Shown one piece after another: positions 1 to 8,949 of a stretch of 64,000 nt of DNA. The stretch is from an uncultured Thermoleophilia bacterium. GTDB lineage: Bacteria > Actinomycetota > Thermoleophilia > Solirubrobacterales > 70-9. The notes under the pieces were generated by a model. That model made no database searches. It was not told the DNA's origin and worked only from the letters and a program-made list of their open reading frames with translations. The translations under genes and the position numbers were made by a program. Where the stretch lies: NCBI GenBank assembly GCA_963795195.1, contig CAWCGU010000003.1, positions 83,354 through 147,353 of the forward strand, in the 5' to 3' direction. Position 1 is the stretch's first letter. Every line of letters starts with the position of its first letter.

Positions 1-1
1 C

Positions 2-1168
2 ATGACCAAGTTCGACAAGCCGGGCACCAAGGAGGGCGACTACCCGGATTGGGCCAAGGAGGCCGGCGAAGCGGCGCTCGCCGACGCAGGCGTCGACTAC
101 GACAAGGTCGAGGGTGCCTACGTCGGCTACTGCTACGGCGAGTCGACCGCGGGCCAGCGGGCCGTCTACCAGCTCGGGCTGACCGGCATTCCCGTCGTCA
201 ACGTCAACAACAACTGCTCGACCGGCTCGACCGCGCTGCATCTGGCGCGCCAGTCCGTCAAGGGCGGCCTCGCCGACTGCGCGCTTGCGCTCGGCTTCGA
301 GAAGATGGAGATGGGTTCGCTGGGCGTCAAGTGGACCGACCGCACGAACCCGATGGACAAGCACGCGATGCGGATGTTCGAGATCCGCGATCCGGAGGCC
401 TCGCCGCCCGCGCCGCAGATGTTCGGCAACGCCGGTCGCGACCACATGGACAAGTACGGGTCAAACCCCGACCACTTCGCCTGGATCGGCTGGAAGAACC
501 ACAAGCATTCGGTCAACAATCCCTACGCGCAGTTCCAGACCGAGTACTCGCTCCAGGACATCAAGGACGCGAAGATGATCCACGACCCGCTGACGAAGCT
601 TCAGTGCTCGCCGACCTCCGACGGCTCGGCCTGCGCGATCATCGCGTCGGAGCGTTTCGTCGACGAGAACGGCCTCTGGGAGCAGGCGATCGAGATCGCC
701 GGCCAGTCGATGGTCACCGACATGGGCTCGACCTTCGACGAGGAAACCAACTGCATCAAGATCGTCGGCTACGACATGTCCAAGGAGGCGGCCAACCGCG
801 CCTACGAGGAGGCCGGCGTCTCCGCCGGCGAGGTCGACGTCGTCGAGCTGCACGACTGCTTCTCGGCCAACGAGCTGATCACCTACGAGGCGCTCGGTCT
901 CGCGGCTGAGGGTGAGGGCCACAAGCTGGTCGACGCCGAGGCGACCACCTACGGCGGCGACGGTCCCGTCGTCAACCCGTCAGGCGGCCTGATCTCGAAG
1001 GGCCATCCACTCGGCGCCACCGGGCTCGCCCAGTGCTCTGAGCTCACCTGGCAGCTCCGCGGCACCGCCGACAAGCGTCAGGTCGAGGGTGCCAAGGTCG
1101 CGCTTCAGCACAACATCGGCCTCGGCGGCGCAGCCGTGGTCTCCGTCTACAAGCCCGCCCAGGGTTAA
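2..1168 (+). CDS. SCPx/lipid-transfer-type thiolase (acetyl-CoA acyltransferase family); 5' end probably cut by the window edge
   Basis: ORF 2..1168. Thiolase-fold motifs are present: [11 protein letters not shown] (active-site Cys region), and GHPLGATG and NIGLGG near the C-terminus. Family members usually carry roughly a dozen more N-terminal residues. Confidence 0.8.
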   Translation: MTKFDKPGTKEGDYPDWAKEAGEAALADAGVDYDKVEGAYVGYCYGESTAGQRAVYQLGLTGIPVVNVNNNCSTGSTALHLARQSVKGGLADCALALGFEKMEMGSLGVKWTDRTNPMDKHAMRMFEIRDPEASPPAPQMFGNAGRDHMDKYGSNPDHFAWIGWKNHKHSVNNPYAQFQTEYSLQDIKDAKMIHDPLTKLQCSPTSDGSACAIIASERFVDENGLWEQAIEIAGQSMVTDMGSTFDEETNCIKIVGYDMSKEAANRAYEEAGVSAGEVDVVELHDCFSANELITYEALGLAAEGEGHKLVDAEATTYGGDGPVVNPSGGLISKGHPLGATGLAQCSELTWQLRGTADKRQVEGAKVALQHNIGLGGAAVVSVYKPAQG

Positions 1169-1195
1169 CCGCGGGCGACAAGGAGGAAGCAAGCG

Positions 1196-2341
1196 ATGCC
1201 ACTGAAGCTGACGGACGAACAGAGCGATTTCGTCGAGGCGATTCGCGACTTCGGCAAGCGCGAGTGCGGGACGCGCGAAAAACGCGCCGCGCTTACCAAC
1301 GGCGGCGAGAAGAATCACAGCCCCGAGATCGCCAAGAAGATGGCCGACCTCGGCTGGCTCGGGGTAGCGATTCCCGAGGAGTACGGCGGCGCCGGCGGCG
1401 GTGCCGTCGATCTCGTCCTGCTGCTCGAGGAGATCGGCCGTAATCAGATCCCCGCAGGCGCCTTCGGGCTCTCGATGATCGTCGCCGGCGCCTACCAGCG
1501 CCACGGCACCGAGGAGCAAAAGCAGCAGATCCTCGGCGGCATCGCCTCCGGCAAGATCGAGGCGATCGCCATGTCCGAGCCCGAGGCGGGCTCCGACGTC
1601 GCCAATCTCTCCTGTTTCGCCGAGCGCCGCAACGGCGGCTACGTGATCAACGGCCAGAAGACCTGGATCTCGGCGGCCCAGGAGGCCGAGCACATCCTGC
1701 TCGTCTGCCGCACCAACCGCGACGGCTCCAAGCACGAGGGCGTCTCGATGTTGAGTGTCCCGCGTGAGTCCGCCGGACTCGAGATCCACGGCATCGGCAC
1801 GATGGCCGGCCCCGACGAGGTCAACGACCTCTACTTCACCGACTGCGAGGTTCCCGCTGACGCACTGGTCGGTCACGAGGGGGCGGCCTGGATGCAGTTG
1901 ATGACGGGTCTCAACTGGGAGCGCCTGATCACGGGCGCGATGTTTCTGGGCATCGCCGAGCGGGCCTTCGACGACACGCTGGCTTACGTCAAGGAGCGCA
2001 AGCAGTTCGACCGCCCGATCGGGTCCTTCCAGACGATCCGCCACCGGCTCGCCGACCTCGCCACCGAGATCGAGTGCTGCAAGCTGCTCGTCTACGACGT
2101 CGCCCAGCGCACCGACGACGACCCGGCGACGACGCTGCCGCGCGAGGCCTCAATGGTCAAGCTGAAGGTCACCGAAACCGCCAAGAAGATGGCGCTCGAG
2201 GGCCAGCAGATGATGGGCGGCTACGGCTACTCGACCGAGTACGACATGGAGCGCTACGTCCGGGCCACCGTCGTCTCGACGATCTTCGCCGGGACGAGCG
2301 AGATCCAGCGCGAGATCATCTCGAAGACGTACGGGCTCTAA
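1196..2341 (+). CDS. acyl-CoA dehydrogenase
   Basis: 381-aa ORF with acyl-CoA dehydrogenase (ACAD) signatures (AMSEPEAGSD, QMMGGYGYSTEYDMERYVR). AAGGAGGA lies about 8 nt upstream of the ATG. Confidence 0.9.
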   Translation: MPLKLTDEQSDFVEAIRDFGKRECGTREKRAALTNGGEKNHSPEIAKKMADLGWLGVAIPEEYGGAGGGAVDLVLLLEEIGRNQIPAGAFGLSMIVAGAYQRHGTEEQKQQILGGIASGKIEAIAMSEPEAGSDVANLSCFAERRNGGYVINGQKTWISAAQEAEHILLVCRTNRDGSKHEGVSMLSVPRESAGLEIHGIGTMAGPDEVNDLYFTDCEVPADALVGHEGAAWMQLMTGLNWERLITGAMFLGIAERAFDDTLAYVKERKQFDRPIGSFQTIRHRLADLATEIECCKLLVYDVAQRTDDDPATTLPREASMVKLKVTETAKKMALEGQQMMGGYGYSTEYDMERYVRATVVSTIFAGTSEIQREIISKTYGL

Positions 2342-2901
2342 CCGCCGAAGCGCCCGTTCCTAAAGGGGTCAGACCCCTTTAGGAAACCTGTCCACGGCCA
2401 GTCTCGCGGGTTCCGACAGAGTCCGGCTGCAACGGGATTCCGGGCTATGTACTTCGCAGCTGCGATCAGTTGTTCGTCGCTGGTCACGCGAACGGCACCA
2501 AACCGACCCTGAAATACGTGTCCAACATTTCCATGGCGTGCGTTGAATCGCTGGGAGTAGCAACCCTGCAGCCACTGCATACCTTGGCTCAGATTGCCCC
2601 TCGGCGTCTCAACCAAGAGGTGGATGTGGTTGTGCATCAGGCAGTACGAAAGACAACGCCAGCAATGCTTTCGGCCAGCCTGCGCAAGTAGGGCGAGATA
2701 GGCGCGGCGGTCGTCATCATCGTCAAAGATGCAACGACGGTCGTTCCCGCGCGCAAACACATGGTAGATCCCGCCTTCAATGTTTTCCCGAGGCTTGCGG
2801 GCCACACTTGGGCAAAGCCCGCGATGGTCATTCGTGCCCCTCGCAGCCTGAGCCCGGCAGCGAGCCTGCCACGAGAGGGTCCCCGGCTGAGGGGAGCGCA
2901 C
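2338..2901 (-). CDS. REP-associated tyrosine transposase (RAYT, IS200/IS605-like Y1 transposase)
   Basis: HUH motif in LMHNHIHLLVE. Catalytic Tyr motif AAKYIARNPVAAGL. N-terminal GGIYHVFARGN. The segment looks lower in G+C than its flanks. The C-terminal residues are translated from the left palindrome. The start is uncertain. Confidence 0.85.
   Translation of the reverse strand: MRSPQPGTLSWQARCRAQAARGTNDHRGLCPSVARKPRENIEGGIYHVFARGNDRRCIFDDDDDRRAYLALLAQAGRKHCWRCLSYCLMHNHIHLLVETPRGNLSQGMQWLQGCYSQRFNARHGNVGHVFQGRFGAVRVTSDEQLIAAAKYIARNPVAAGLCRNPRDWPWTGFLKGSDPFRNGRFGG
2358..2386. repeat. REP-like 29-nt palindrome, copy 1 (TTCCTAAAGGGGTCAGACCCCTTTAGGAA)
   Basis: 14-nt arms around a central A. 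Two further copies lie at 2903 and 34869 with a central T, which is the opposite orientation. Confidence 0.8.
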
Positions 2902-2902
2902 C

Positions 2903-2930
2903 TTCCTAAAGGGGTCTGACCCCTTTAGGG
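2903..2930. repeat. REP-like palindrome, copy 2 (TTCCTAAAGGGGTCTGACCCCTTTAGGG)
   Basis: Same palindrome as 2358..2386 with the central base inverted and one mismatch at the outer end. It lies between the RAYT start and the acyl-CoA ligase stop. Confidence 0.8.
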
Positions 2931-2934
2931 ATTG

Positions 2935-4635
2935 TCAGGCGTACAGCGCCTCGATCTCGCTCGCGTACTTCTCGGCGATCGGCTTGCGCTTCAGCTTCAT
3001 CGTTGGCGTCAGCTCGTCGCCGCCGGGCAGCCAGTCAGTCGGCAGCACAGTGAAGCGCTTGATCTGCTCGACGCGGCTGAGGTGGGTGTTGGCCTCCTCG
3101 ACCGCGCTCGCGATCGCGGCCTGTACCTCCTCATCGTCGGCCAGGGCCGCCGCAGATGCGTCCTCGCGGCCGTTCTGCTCGGCCCAGCCGGCGCATACGT
3201 CGGGGTCGAGCACCAGCAGCGCGACGTTATACGGACGGCGGTCGCCGATCGTGATCGCTTGGCCGATCAGCGGGCTCGACGTCTTCAGCCGCGCCTCGAT
3301 GTTGGCCGGCGACATGTTCTTGCCGGCGGCGTTGATGATCAGCTCCTTCTTGCGGTCGACGATCTTGACGTAGCCCTCGTCGTCGATCTCGGCGACGTCG
3401 CCGGTGTGCATCCAGCCGTCGTCGTCGATCGCCTCGGCGGTCTTTTCCGGATCGTTGCGATAGCCCCGCATCAGGGTTGGGCCCTTGGCGAGCAGCTCGC
3501 CGTCCTCGGCCAGCCGCAGCTCGATCCCGGGCAGCGCCTTGCCGACGGTTCCGAGCTTGACGTCCTCGGGGGTGTTGACAGTGGCGATGCAGGTCAGCTC
3601 CGACATCCCCCAGACTTCGCCGATCGGGATGCCGAGCGCCTGGAAGTACTCGAGGACCTCGATCGCGCTCGGGGCGGCGCCGGCGATCGTCCAGCGGCAC
3701 TCGTCGAGGCCGAGCTTGACCTTGATGGCTGTTTTCGCCTCATCGGGCAGCACCGAGGGATCGGTGACGCCCTGCGCTTCGAGCGCTGCCTTGATCTTCT
3801 CCCAGATTCGCGGCACCGCCCCCCAGACCGTCGGCCGCGCGTCGGGCAGCGCGGCGATGATCTGTCGCGGATCGTCGACGACGGTGACCTGCTGGCCGTA
3901 GAGCATCTGCGCGTAGTGCGACGTGAAGCGGTCGGCCATGTGGGCGTGGGGGAGATAGGAGGTGATCCGGTCTCCCGGACGCCAGTCCATGGTTGCGGCG
4001 GCGCAGCGGCCCTGGGCCAGGATGTTGGCGTGGGTCAGCTGCACGCCCTTGGGCGGGCCGGTGGTGCCGGACGTGTAGCAGAGGGTGATCAGGTCCTCGG
4101 GCTCAACCGCGCGCCAGATCGCCTCGAAGTCGAAGTCATCGGGTACGTCGGCCGCCTCGACCTCATCGAGCCCGATCGTCCCTCCAGGAGCGCTGTCGAC
4201 GCAGATCGTCTGCTCGATACCTGCAACCTCCGCGGCGGCGATCGCGTCGAGGAACTGCGTCTCGGTGATCACGACGCGGTTGCCCGCGTTGCCGAACAGG
4301 TAGCCGATTTGCTCCGCAGAGGAGGTGTTGTAGATCGAGAACGGTGTCGCGCCGAGGTGCATCGCGGCCGTGTCGCAGAGGTTGAACTCCGGCCGGTTCA
4401 GCATCATGATCCCGACCGTGTCGCCGCGGCGAACTCCGAGGGCGTGCAGGCCGGCGGCGATCGAGCGCACGCGCTCCGCGTACTCGGAAAAGGTCAGTTC
4501 TACGGCGCCCCCGGGAGTGCGCAAAGCGACCTCGCGGGCGTTGTCGGCGGCCGTCATCTGGAAGGCCTCGGCTGCGGTTGCCGCGTCCAATGCTCGCGGT
4601 GTCTCGTTGGTGCGCTCTGCGGTCCCTGACTCCAT
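2935..4635 (-). CDS. long-chain fatty-acid--CoA ligase (AMP-binding enzyme)
   Basis: 566-aa ORF with the AMP-binding motif YTSGTTGPPKGV, GWMHTGD, and the C-terminal KLKRK typical of FadD-type ligases. Confidence 0.9.
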   Translation of the reverse strand: MESGTAERTNETPRALDAATAAEAFQMTAADNAREVALRTPGGAVELTFSEYAERVRSIAAGLHALGVRRGDTVGIMMLNRPEFNLCDTAAMHLGATPFSIYNTSSAEQIGYLFGNAGNRVVITETQFLDAIAAAEVAGIEQTICVDSAPGGTIGLDEVEAADVPDDFDFEAIWRAVEPEDLITLCYTSGTTGPPKGVQLTHANILAQGRCAAATMDWRPGDRITSYLPHAHMADRFTSHYAQMLYGQQVTVVDDPRQIIAALPDARPTVWGAVPRIWEKIKAALEAQGVTDPSVLPDEAKTAIKVKLGLDECRWTIAGAAPSAIEVLEYFQALGIPIGEVWGMSELTCIATVNTPEDVKLGTVGKALPGIELRLAEDGELLAKGPTLMRGYRNDPEKTAEAIDDDGWMHTGDVAEIDDEGYVKIVDRKKELIINAAGKNMSPANIEARLKTSSPLIGQAITIGDRRPYNVALLVLDPDVCAGWAEQNGREDASAAALADDEEVQAAIASAVEEANTHLSRVEQIKRFTVLPTDWLPGGDELTPTMKLKRKPIAEKYASEIEALYA

Positions 4636-4714
4636 CGCTGCTCCTCCGTTCGACTCCCCGGGCCAGCCAGCCCGACCCGGCGATCGTAACGCTAAAACCA
4701 GGTTGCGGCAGGGA

Positions 4715-5590
4715 TCAGAGCGCGTTCGCCGCGAAGGTGTCGCAGGCGTCGATCGAACCCTGCTCGTAGCCGGTCAGAAACCAGCGCCCGCGCATCTCGG
4801 AAGATCCGTGGGTCCAGGACTCCGGGCTGACGCGGCCGGTGGCAGCCTCCTGGATGCGGTCGTCGCCGACAGCCTCGGCGGCGCTGATGCCGTCGGCGAT
4901 GTCGGCCTGCGTCAGCGGTTCCAAATAGCCCGTGTCAACGGCGTCGTGGGCCCAGAGCCCCGCAAAGCAGTCGGCCATCAGCTCTACGCGGACGTCGTCG
5001 GAGCTCGGTCCCGTTTCCCCGTGCGAAGCCCGCTGGAGCACGCCGGTCAGCTGCTCGACGTGGTGGCCGTACTCGTGGGCGATCACATAGGCCTCGGCGA
5101 ACGGCCCGCCGTTGGCACCGAAGCGGTCTCGCAGCTCGTCGTAAAAGCTGAGGTCGATGTAGATCGTCTCGTCGGCGGGGCAATAGAACGGCCCCACGGA
5201 CGAGCTGGCGCGCCCACAGCCGGTTGACGTGCTCCCGGAGAAGAACACGGTCGGCGCCTCGCGGTAGCCGTTGAGTCGGTCCTCCCAGCCGGCCTGGACG
5301 CTGTTGACGACGCCGACGATGCGGCAGTCCTCGCGCTGGTTGGCGTCCTCGCCCGTTTGGCAGGTCTGCGAGAGGTCGCTGGACGCCTGTCCGCCAGCGC
5401 CGCTTCCCAGGGAGATCTGGTCGAGCAGCTGCTGCGCCTGGTTTGAATCTCCCCCGAGGAAGGCGATTCCGAGCACGACGATGACGGCGACGATCCCGCC
5501 GCCACCTCCGAGTGCGAGGGTCCCTTTGGAAGCGCCACGGCGGTCGCCGACCTGGCCGGCATCGAGTTTTGCGCCCTTGCGAAACCGCAT
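4715..5590 (-). CDS. neutral zinc metallopeptidase (YpfJ-like)
   Basis: HEYGHH zinc motif. N-terminal basic segment plus one TM helix (GGGGGIVAVIVVLGIAFL), as in the YpfJ family. Confidence 0.8.
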   Translation of the reverse strand: MRFRKGAKLDAGQVGDRRGASKGTLALGGGGGIVAVIVVLGIAFLGGDSNQAQQLLDQISLGSGAGGQASSDLSQTCQTGEDANQREDCRIVGVVNSVQAGWEDRLNGYREAPTVFFSGSTSTGCGRASSSVGPFYCPADETIYIDLSFYDELRDRFGANGGPFAEAYVIAHEYGHHVEQLTGVLQRASHGETGPSSDDVRVELMADCFAGLWAHDAVDTGYLEPLTQADIADGISAAEAVGDDRIQEAATGRVSPESWTHGSSEMRGRWFLTGYEQGSIDACDTFAANAL

Positions 5591-5688
5591 GCGGCGAGCA
5601 GGTTGACAGAACGCGCTCCCGGCCTTCTGCGCCCGATAAGGTTCACCGTTCGTTCAATCAGCCGGCGGCGATGACTTAAGGAGATCAG

Positions 5689-6597
5689 ATGGCGAAGGAG
5701 ACAAGGCCGATCAACGGGCGAGTGGTTGCGATCACCGGAGCCGCGCGCGGGATCGGAAGGGCGACCGCCGAAGCGGTCATTCGCCGGGGAGCAAAGGTTG
5801 CGATCGGTGACGTTGATGCGGCCACCGCGGAGCAGACCGCGACCGAACTCGGTGCAGGGACCGTCGCCTTCGAGCTCGACGTCACCTCGCGCCAGTCGTT
5901 CGAGAATTTCGTCGCACAGGTCGAGGAGCGTGTCGGACCGATCGACGTCTTGATCAACAACGCCGGGATCATGCCCGTCGGTCCGTTGCTCGAGGAGTCC
6001 GACGACACAGCTCGCCGGATCATCGACATCGACGTTCACGGCGTCATCTTCGGCACCAAGATCGCGATGGAGCGAATGGTTCCCCGCGGCACCGGCCACA
6101 TCGTCAACATCGCCTCCCAAGCCGGCAAGGGCGGGTTCCCCGGCGTCGCCACCTACTGCGCGGCCAAGCACGCGGTCGTGGGCTTCAGCGAGGCAGCACG
6201 GGCTGAGCTGTTCGACACCGGAGTCGAGGTTTCGTGCGTGATGCCGGCGTTCGTCAACACCGAGTTGATCTCCGGCCTGGAGTCAGCCCGCGGTGTCAAG
6301 AACGCCGAGCCGGAGGACGTCGCCGAGGCGATCGTCGGGGCGCTCGAGCGTCCTCACTTCGACGTCCATGTGCCCAAGTCCGTCGCCTACATCGGCAAGG
6401 TGATGACCCTGATGCCGCGTCGCGGTCGCGAGGCCATCGCCAGGGCGCTGAAGGCCGACAGGGTGATGGTCGAGCTCGACACCGCGGGGCGCGCCGCCTA
6501 CGAGGACCGGATCTCGAATAACGCGCCGGCGTCGGACGCTGCGCATGAGGCTGCGCTGGAGGCCGGCGCCGAGGAGCAGGCGACCAGCAAGAGCTGA
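5689..6597 (+). CDS. SDR-family oxidoreductase
   Basis: ITGAARGIGRA dinucleotide-binding motif, NNAG, and the catalytic YCAAK. Confidence 0.9.
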   Translation: MAKETRPINGRVVAITGAARGIGRATAEAVIRRGAKVAIGDVDAATAEQTATELGAGTVAFELDVTSRQSFENFVAQVEERVGPIDVLINNAGIMPVGPLLEESDDTARRIIDIDVHGVIFGTKIAMERMVPRGTGHIVNIASQAGKGGFPGVATYCAAKHAVVGFSEAARAELFDTGVEVSCVMPAFVNTELISGLESARGVKNAEPEDVAEAIVGALERPHFDVHVPKSVAYIGKVMTLMPRRGREAIARALKADRVMVELDTAGRAAYEDRISNNAPASDAAHEAALEAGAEEQATSKS

Positions 6598-6663
6598 GCC
6601 TGTCGAGGTCGCGAAGGGCCTGAGTGTGGTCCCGGGAGCTCCACCCCTGCGATCATCACCGCA

Positions 6664-7320
6664 ATGACGGCTGACGGCAAGCAGGGTGTGAGCCGCCGGC
6701 GACTGCTGATCGTCGCGGGCGCGGCTCCGGCGGTAGTCGGGGCATACGCGCTGACAGCCTGCGGTTCGCAGGCCGACGCCGGGCGCACGACGACGGCGGT
6801 CGCGACGAGTGCATCGACGCCGCCCGCTGTGCAGCCGACCCGGGCCTGCGACGACGGAGGGGAGCCCACGGTCGCGCAGACCGAGGGTCCCTACTTCACT
6901 CCGGATTCCCCTCGGCGACGCCGCCTGCGCAGCGCAGCGACCACCGGCTCACGCCTGGTGGTGTCGGGACTCGTTGTCGACACCGCCTGCAAGCCGATTC
7001 GCCACGCGCTGCTCGACTTCTGGCAGGCCGACGGCGAGGGCCGGTACGACAACCGGGGCTACGACCTGCGCGGCCATCAGTTCACCGGCAAGGAGGGTCG
7101 CTACGAGCTCGACACCGTCCTGCCGGGGCTTTACCCGGGCCGCACGCGCCACATCCACGTCAAGGTCCAGCGGCCTGGCGGTCAGGTCTTGACGACGCAG
7201 CTCTATTTCCCCGGGGTTGCCGAAAACGCGAGCGATGGCATCTACAGCCGAGATCTCGAGATGGGAATCACGCGGCGCGCAGACATCCGCCGCGGCAGCT
7301 TCCACTTCGTTCTCGCCTAG
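6664..7320 (+). CDS. intradiol ring-cleavage dioxygenase-like protein with a Tat/lipoprotein signal
   Basis: Twin-arginine RRRLLIV followed by the lipobox LTAC. GPYF, WQADGEGRYD and RTRHIHVKV are typical of the dioxygenase C-terminal domain. Confidence 0.75.
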   Translation: MTADGKQGVSRRRLLIVAGAAPAVVGAYALTACGSQADAGRTTTAVATSASTPPAVQPTRACDDGGEPTVAQTEGPYFTPDSPRRRRLRSAATTGSRLVVSGLVVDTACKPIRHALLDFWQADGEGRYDNRGYDLRGHQFTGKEGRYELDTVLPGLYPGRTRHIHVKVQRPGGQVLTTQLYFPGVAENASDGIYSRDLEMGITRRADIRRGSFHFVLA

Positions 7321-7324
7321 GTCG

Positions 7325-7984
7325 ATGGCCGGCGGAGGTCGCAGCGCCACTGCACTGACGGTCCTCGGGATCGCCGGCGCGCTGCTCATTGCGGCCCAAC
7401 AGGCGACGCCCGGCTTGGCAGCAGGTCGCAGTTGCGAGCAGCGCCTCGAAGCGCGGGGCGTCTCCTTTCTACCGGCGCGCCCGCAGCGTGGCGTCGCTCA
7501 GCCGGTCTTCGTTCGCATGCCGTTGAACGGCATCTCCTACTTCGCCGCGGGCGAACGGCGACGCCAGCGTCGCCTGTTCATGGACTGCAAGCTGGCGCTC
7601 GCTCTGCACGGGGCGGGGAAGACCCTCAAGGCACATGGGATCAGGGCGGTCGAACACTTCGGGGTCTACGCCTACCGTTGCATCGCGGGCACGAACCCCT
7701 GCAAGCTGAGCCAGCACGCCCACGCGACCGCGATCGACTTCCATGCGTTCCGTGGGGCCCGCGGCCGGAACTACAACGTCGAGCGTGACTGGGTGATCGA
7801 CCGTGCGGGGCAGTCCACCTGCACGGCGCAAACCAAGGGTGCGAAGGACGCGCTCCTTCACGAACTTGCCTGCGTGTGGAACGAGAGCGGCCTCTTCAAC
7901 ATCATTCTCACCCCGAACTACAACGCCGACCACCGCAATCACTTCCACGTCGACCTGACACCGCAGGAGCGCTACATCAACTGA
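7325..7984 (+). CDS. extensin-like C-terminal domain protein (secreted)
   Basis: SQHAHATAIDF and HRNHFHVDL motifs. I chose the ATG at 7325, which gives a signal-like N-terminus and avoids overlap with the upstream gene. The track ORF starts at 7217. Confidence 0.7.
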   Translation: MAGGGRSATALTVLGIAGALLIAAQQATPGLAAGRSCEQRLEARGVSFLPARPQRGVAQPVFVRMPLNGISYFAAGERRRQRRLFMDCKLALALHGAGKTLKAHGIRAVEHFGVYAYRCIAGTNPCKLSQHAHATAIDFHAFRGARGRNYNVERDWVIDRAGQSTCTAQTKGAKDALLHELACVWNESGLFNIILTPNYNADHRNHFHVDLTPQERYIN

Positions 7985-7993
7985 GCGCCGGCG

Positions 7994-8371
7994 TCAGCGC
8001 GCGCTCGACTCGGCGACAAAGGCGGCGACGGCGTCGATCTCGGCCTGGTCGAGGGAGCTCGAGAAGGCGGGCATGCCGCCGCGGCCCGCGGCGACCGTCG
8101 TGGCGACGAAGGCGACGTCGAGGCCGACACCGTCGAGGACCGGACCGATGGCGCCGCTCGTGCCGGCCGCGGCAAGCGTGTGGCAGCTCCCACAGCTCTC
8201 TACGAACAGGGTCTTGCCGTCAGGCGTCTGGGTCGCCGCCCCGGGTGCCGGTGCCGCCGGCTCATCTTCGGCGATCAGCTGAGGCCCGACGAACAGCATC
8301 AGCACGAGCAGCCCGGCCGCCAGCCAGACGAGCGGCGCCAGCACGCGGTCGAGGCCCTTGAGAAAGCTCAC
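7994..8371 (-). CDS. membrane-anchored class I cytochrome c
   Basis: CGSCH haem-c motif and a distal Met in GGMPAF. One N-terminal TM helix. The GTG at 8371 overlaps the upstream TGA (GTGA). The longer track ORF (to 8596) overlaps the upstream gene. Confidence 0.75.
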   Translation of the reverse strand: MSFLKGLDRVLAPLVWLAAGLLVLMLFVGPQLIAEDEPAAPAPGAATQTPDGKTLFVESCGSCHTLAAAGTSGAIGPVLDGVGLDVAFVATTVAAGRGGMPAFSSSLDQAEIDAVAAFVAESSAR

Positions 8372-8940
8372 AGCGGCGGGAACCCGTCCATTTCCCGGAT
8401 GAACCAGAACGAGCTGGTTAGCCAGACGGCGATCAGCGCGGAAAAGACGAGGCCGCCGGCGATCGGGAGCGCGATGCCGGGCAGGTTCTTGGAGCGCACG
8501 AGCACGACCTTTGCCGCAAAGGCGCCGTAGAAGGCGCAGCCGAGCAGCGAGTGGGCGAGCACCCGCGCGTCGGTGTCCTGGAAGCCCAGCGACCAAAGGC
8601 AGTGGTAGGCGACCGGCAGCGAGGCCAGGAAGGCGAGGCGACCGCTGATCCGGTGTAGGTCCCCAGCCCAGTCCGGGGCGTCCCAGGGGAGCCTCCCGTA
8701 GACCCAGAGCGCGGAGCTGATCTGGATCAGCGCGAAAACGACGGCTGCGCTGGCCATCCAGACCTTCATCGAGATCGTCGACCCAAAGAACAGCGTGAAA
8801 GTCAGGTCCTCCGTCGGACTCGGGTCGTGAACATTGCCGTAGACCCCGAGCGCGACGGCCACGAGCGCCCCCAGCCCGCCGGCCAGCAGCAGTCGCCTGC
8901 CCGCCAGTTCATCACCATGGCCAGCCGTCGCGGCTTCCAT
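8368..8940 (-). CDS. polytopic membrane protein of unknown function (possibly DUF6529-like)
   Basis: 190 aa with about 5 predicted hydrophobic helices and several His residues in or near helices. Translationally coupled to the cytochrome c gene. Confidence 0.6.
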   Translation of the reverse strand: MEAATAGHGDELAGRRLLLAGGLGALVAVALGVYGNVHDPSPTEDLTFTLFFGSTISMKVWMASAAVVFALIQISSALWVYGRLPWDAPDWAGDLHRISGRLAFLASLPVAYHCLWSLGFQDTDARVLAHSLLGCAFYGAFAAKVVLVRSKNLPGIALPIAGGLVFSALIAVWLTSSFWFIREMDGFPPL

Positions 8941-8949
8941 GGCCTAAGC

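Larger units (their letters stand above)
2358..2930 (-). mobile_element. REP-RAYT-REP unit
   Basis: A Y1 transposase gene is bracketed by inverted copies of one palindrome. The unit sits in the 3' intergenic space between convergent ACAD and acyl-CoA ligase genes. Confidence 0.7.

Noticed and set aside
2932-4629. 565-aa plus-strand ORF exactly antisense to the acyl-CoA ligase gene.
   Set aside because: Its composition is Arg/Gly/Leu/Asp-rich with no recognisable motif, whereas the opposite strand carries a complete AMP-binding enzyme. This is a typical high-G+C shadow ORF. The same reasoning applies to 980..2044, 29621..31258, 51322..52611, 55054..56487, 56270..57787 and 62561..63709.
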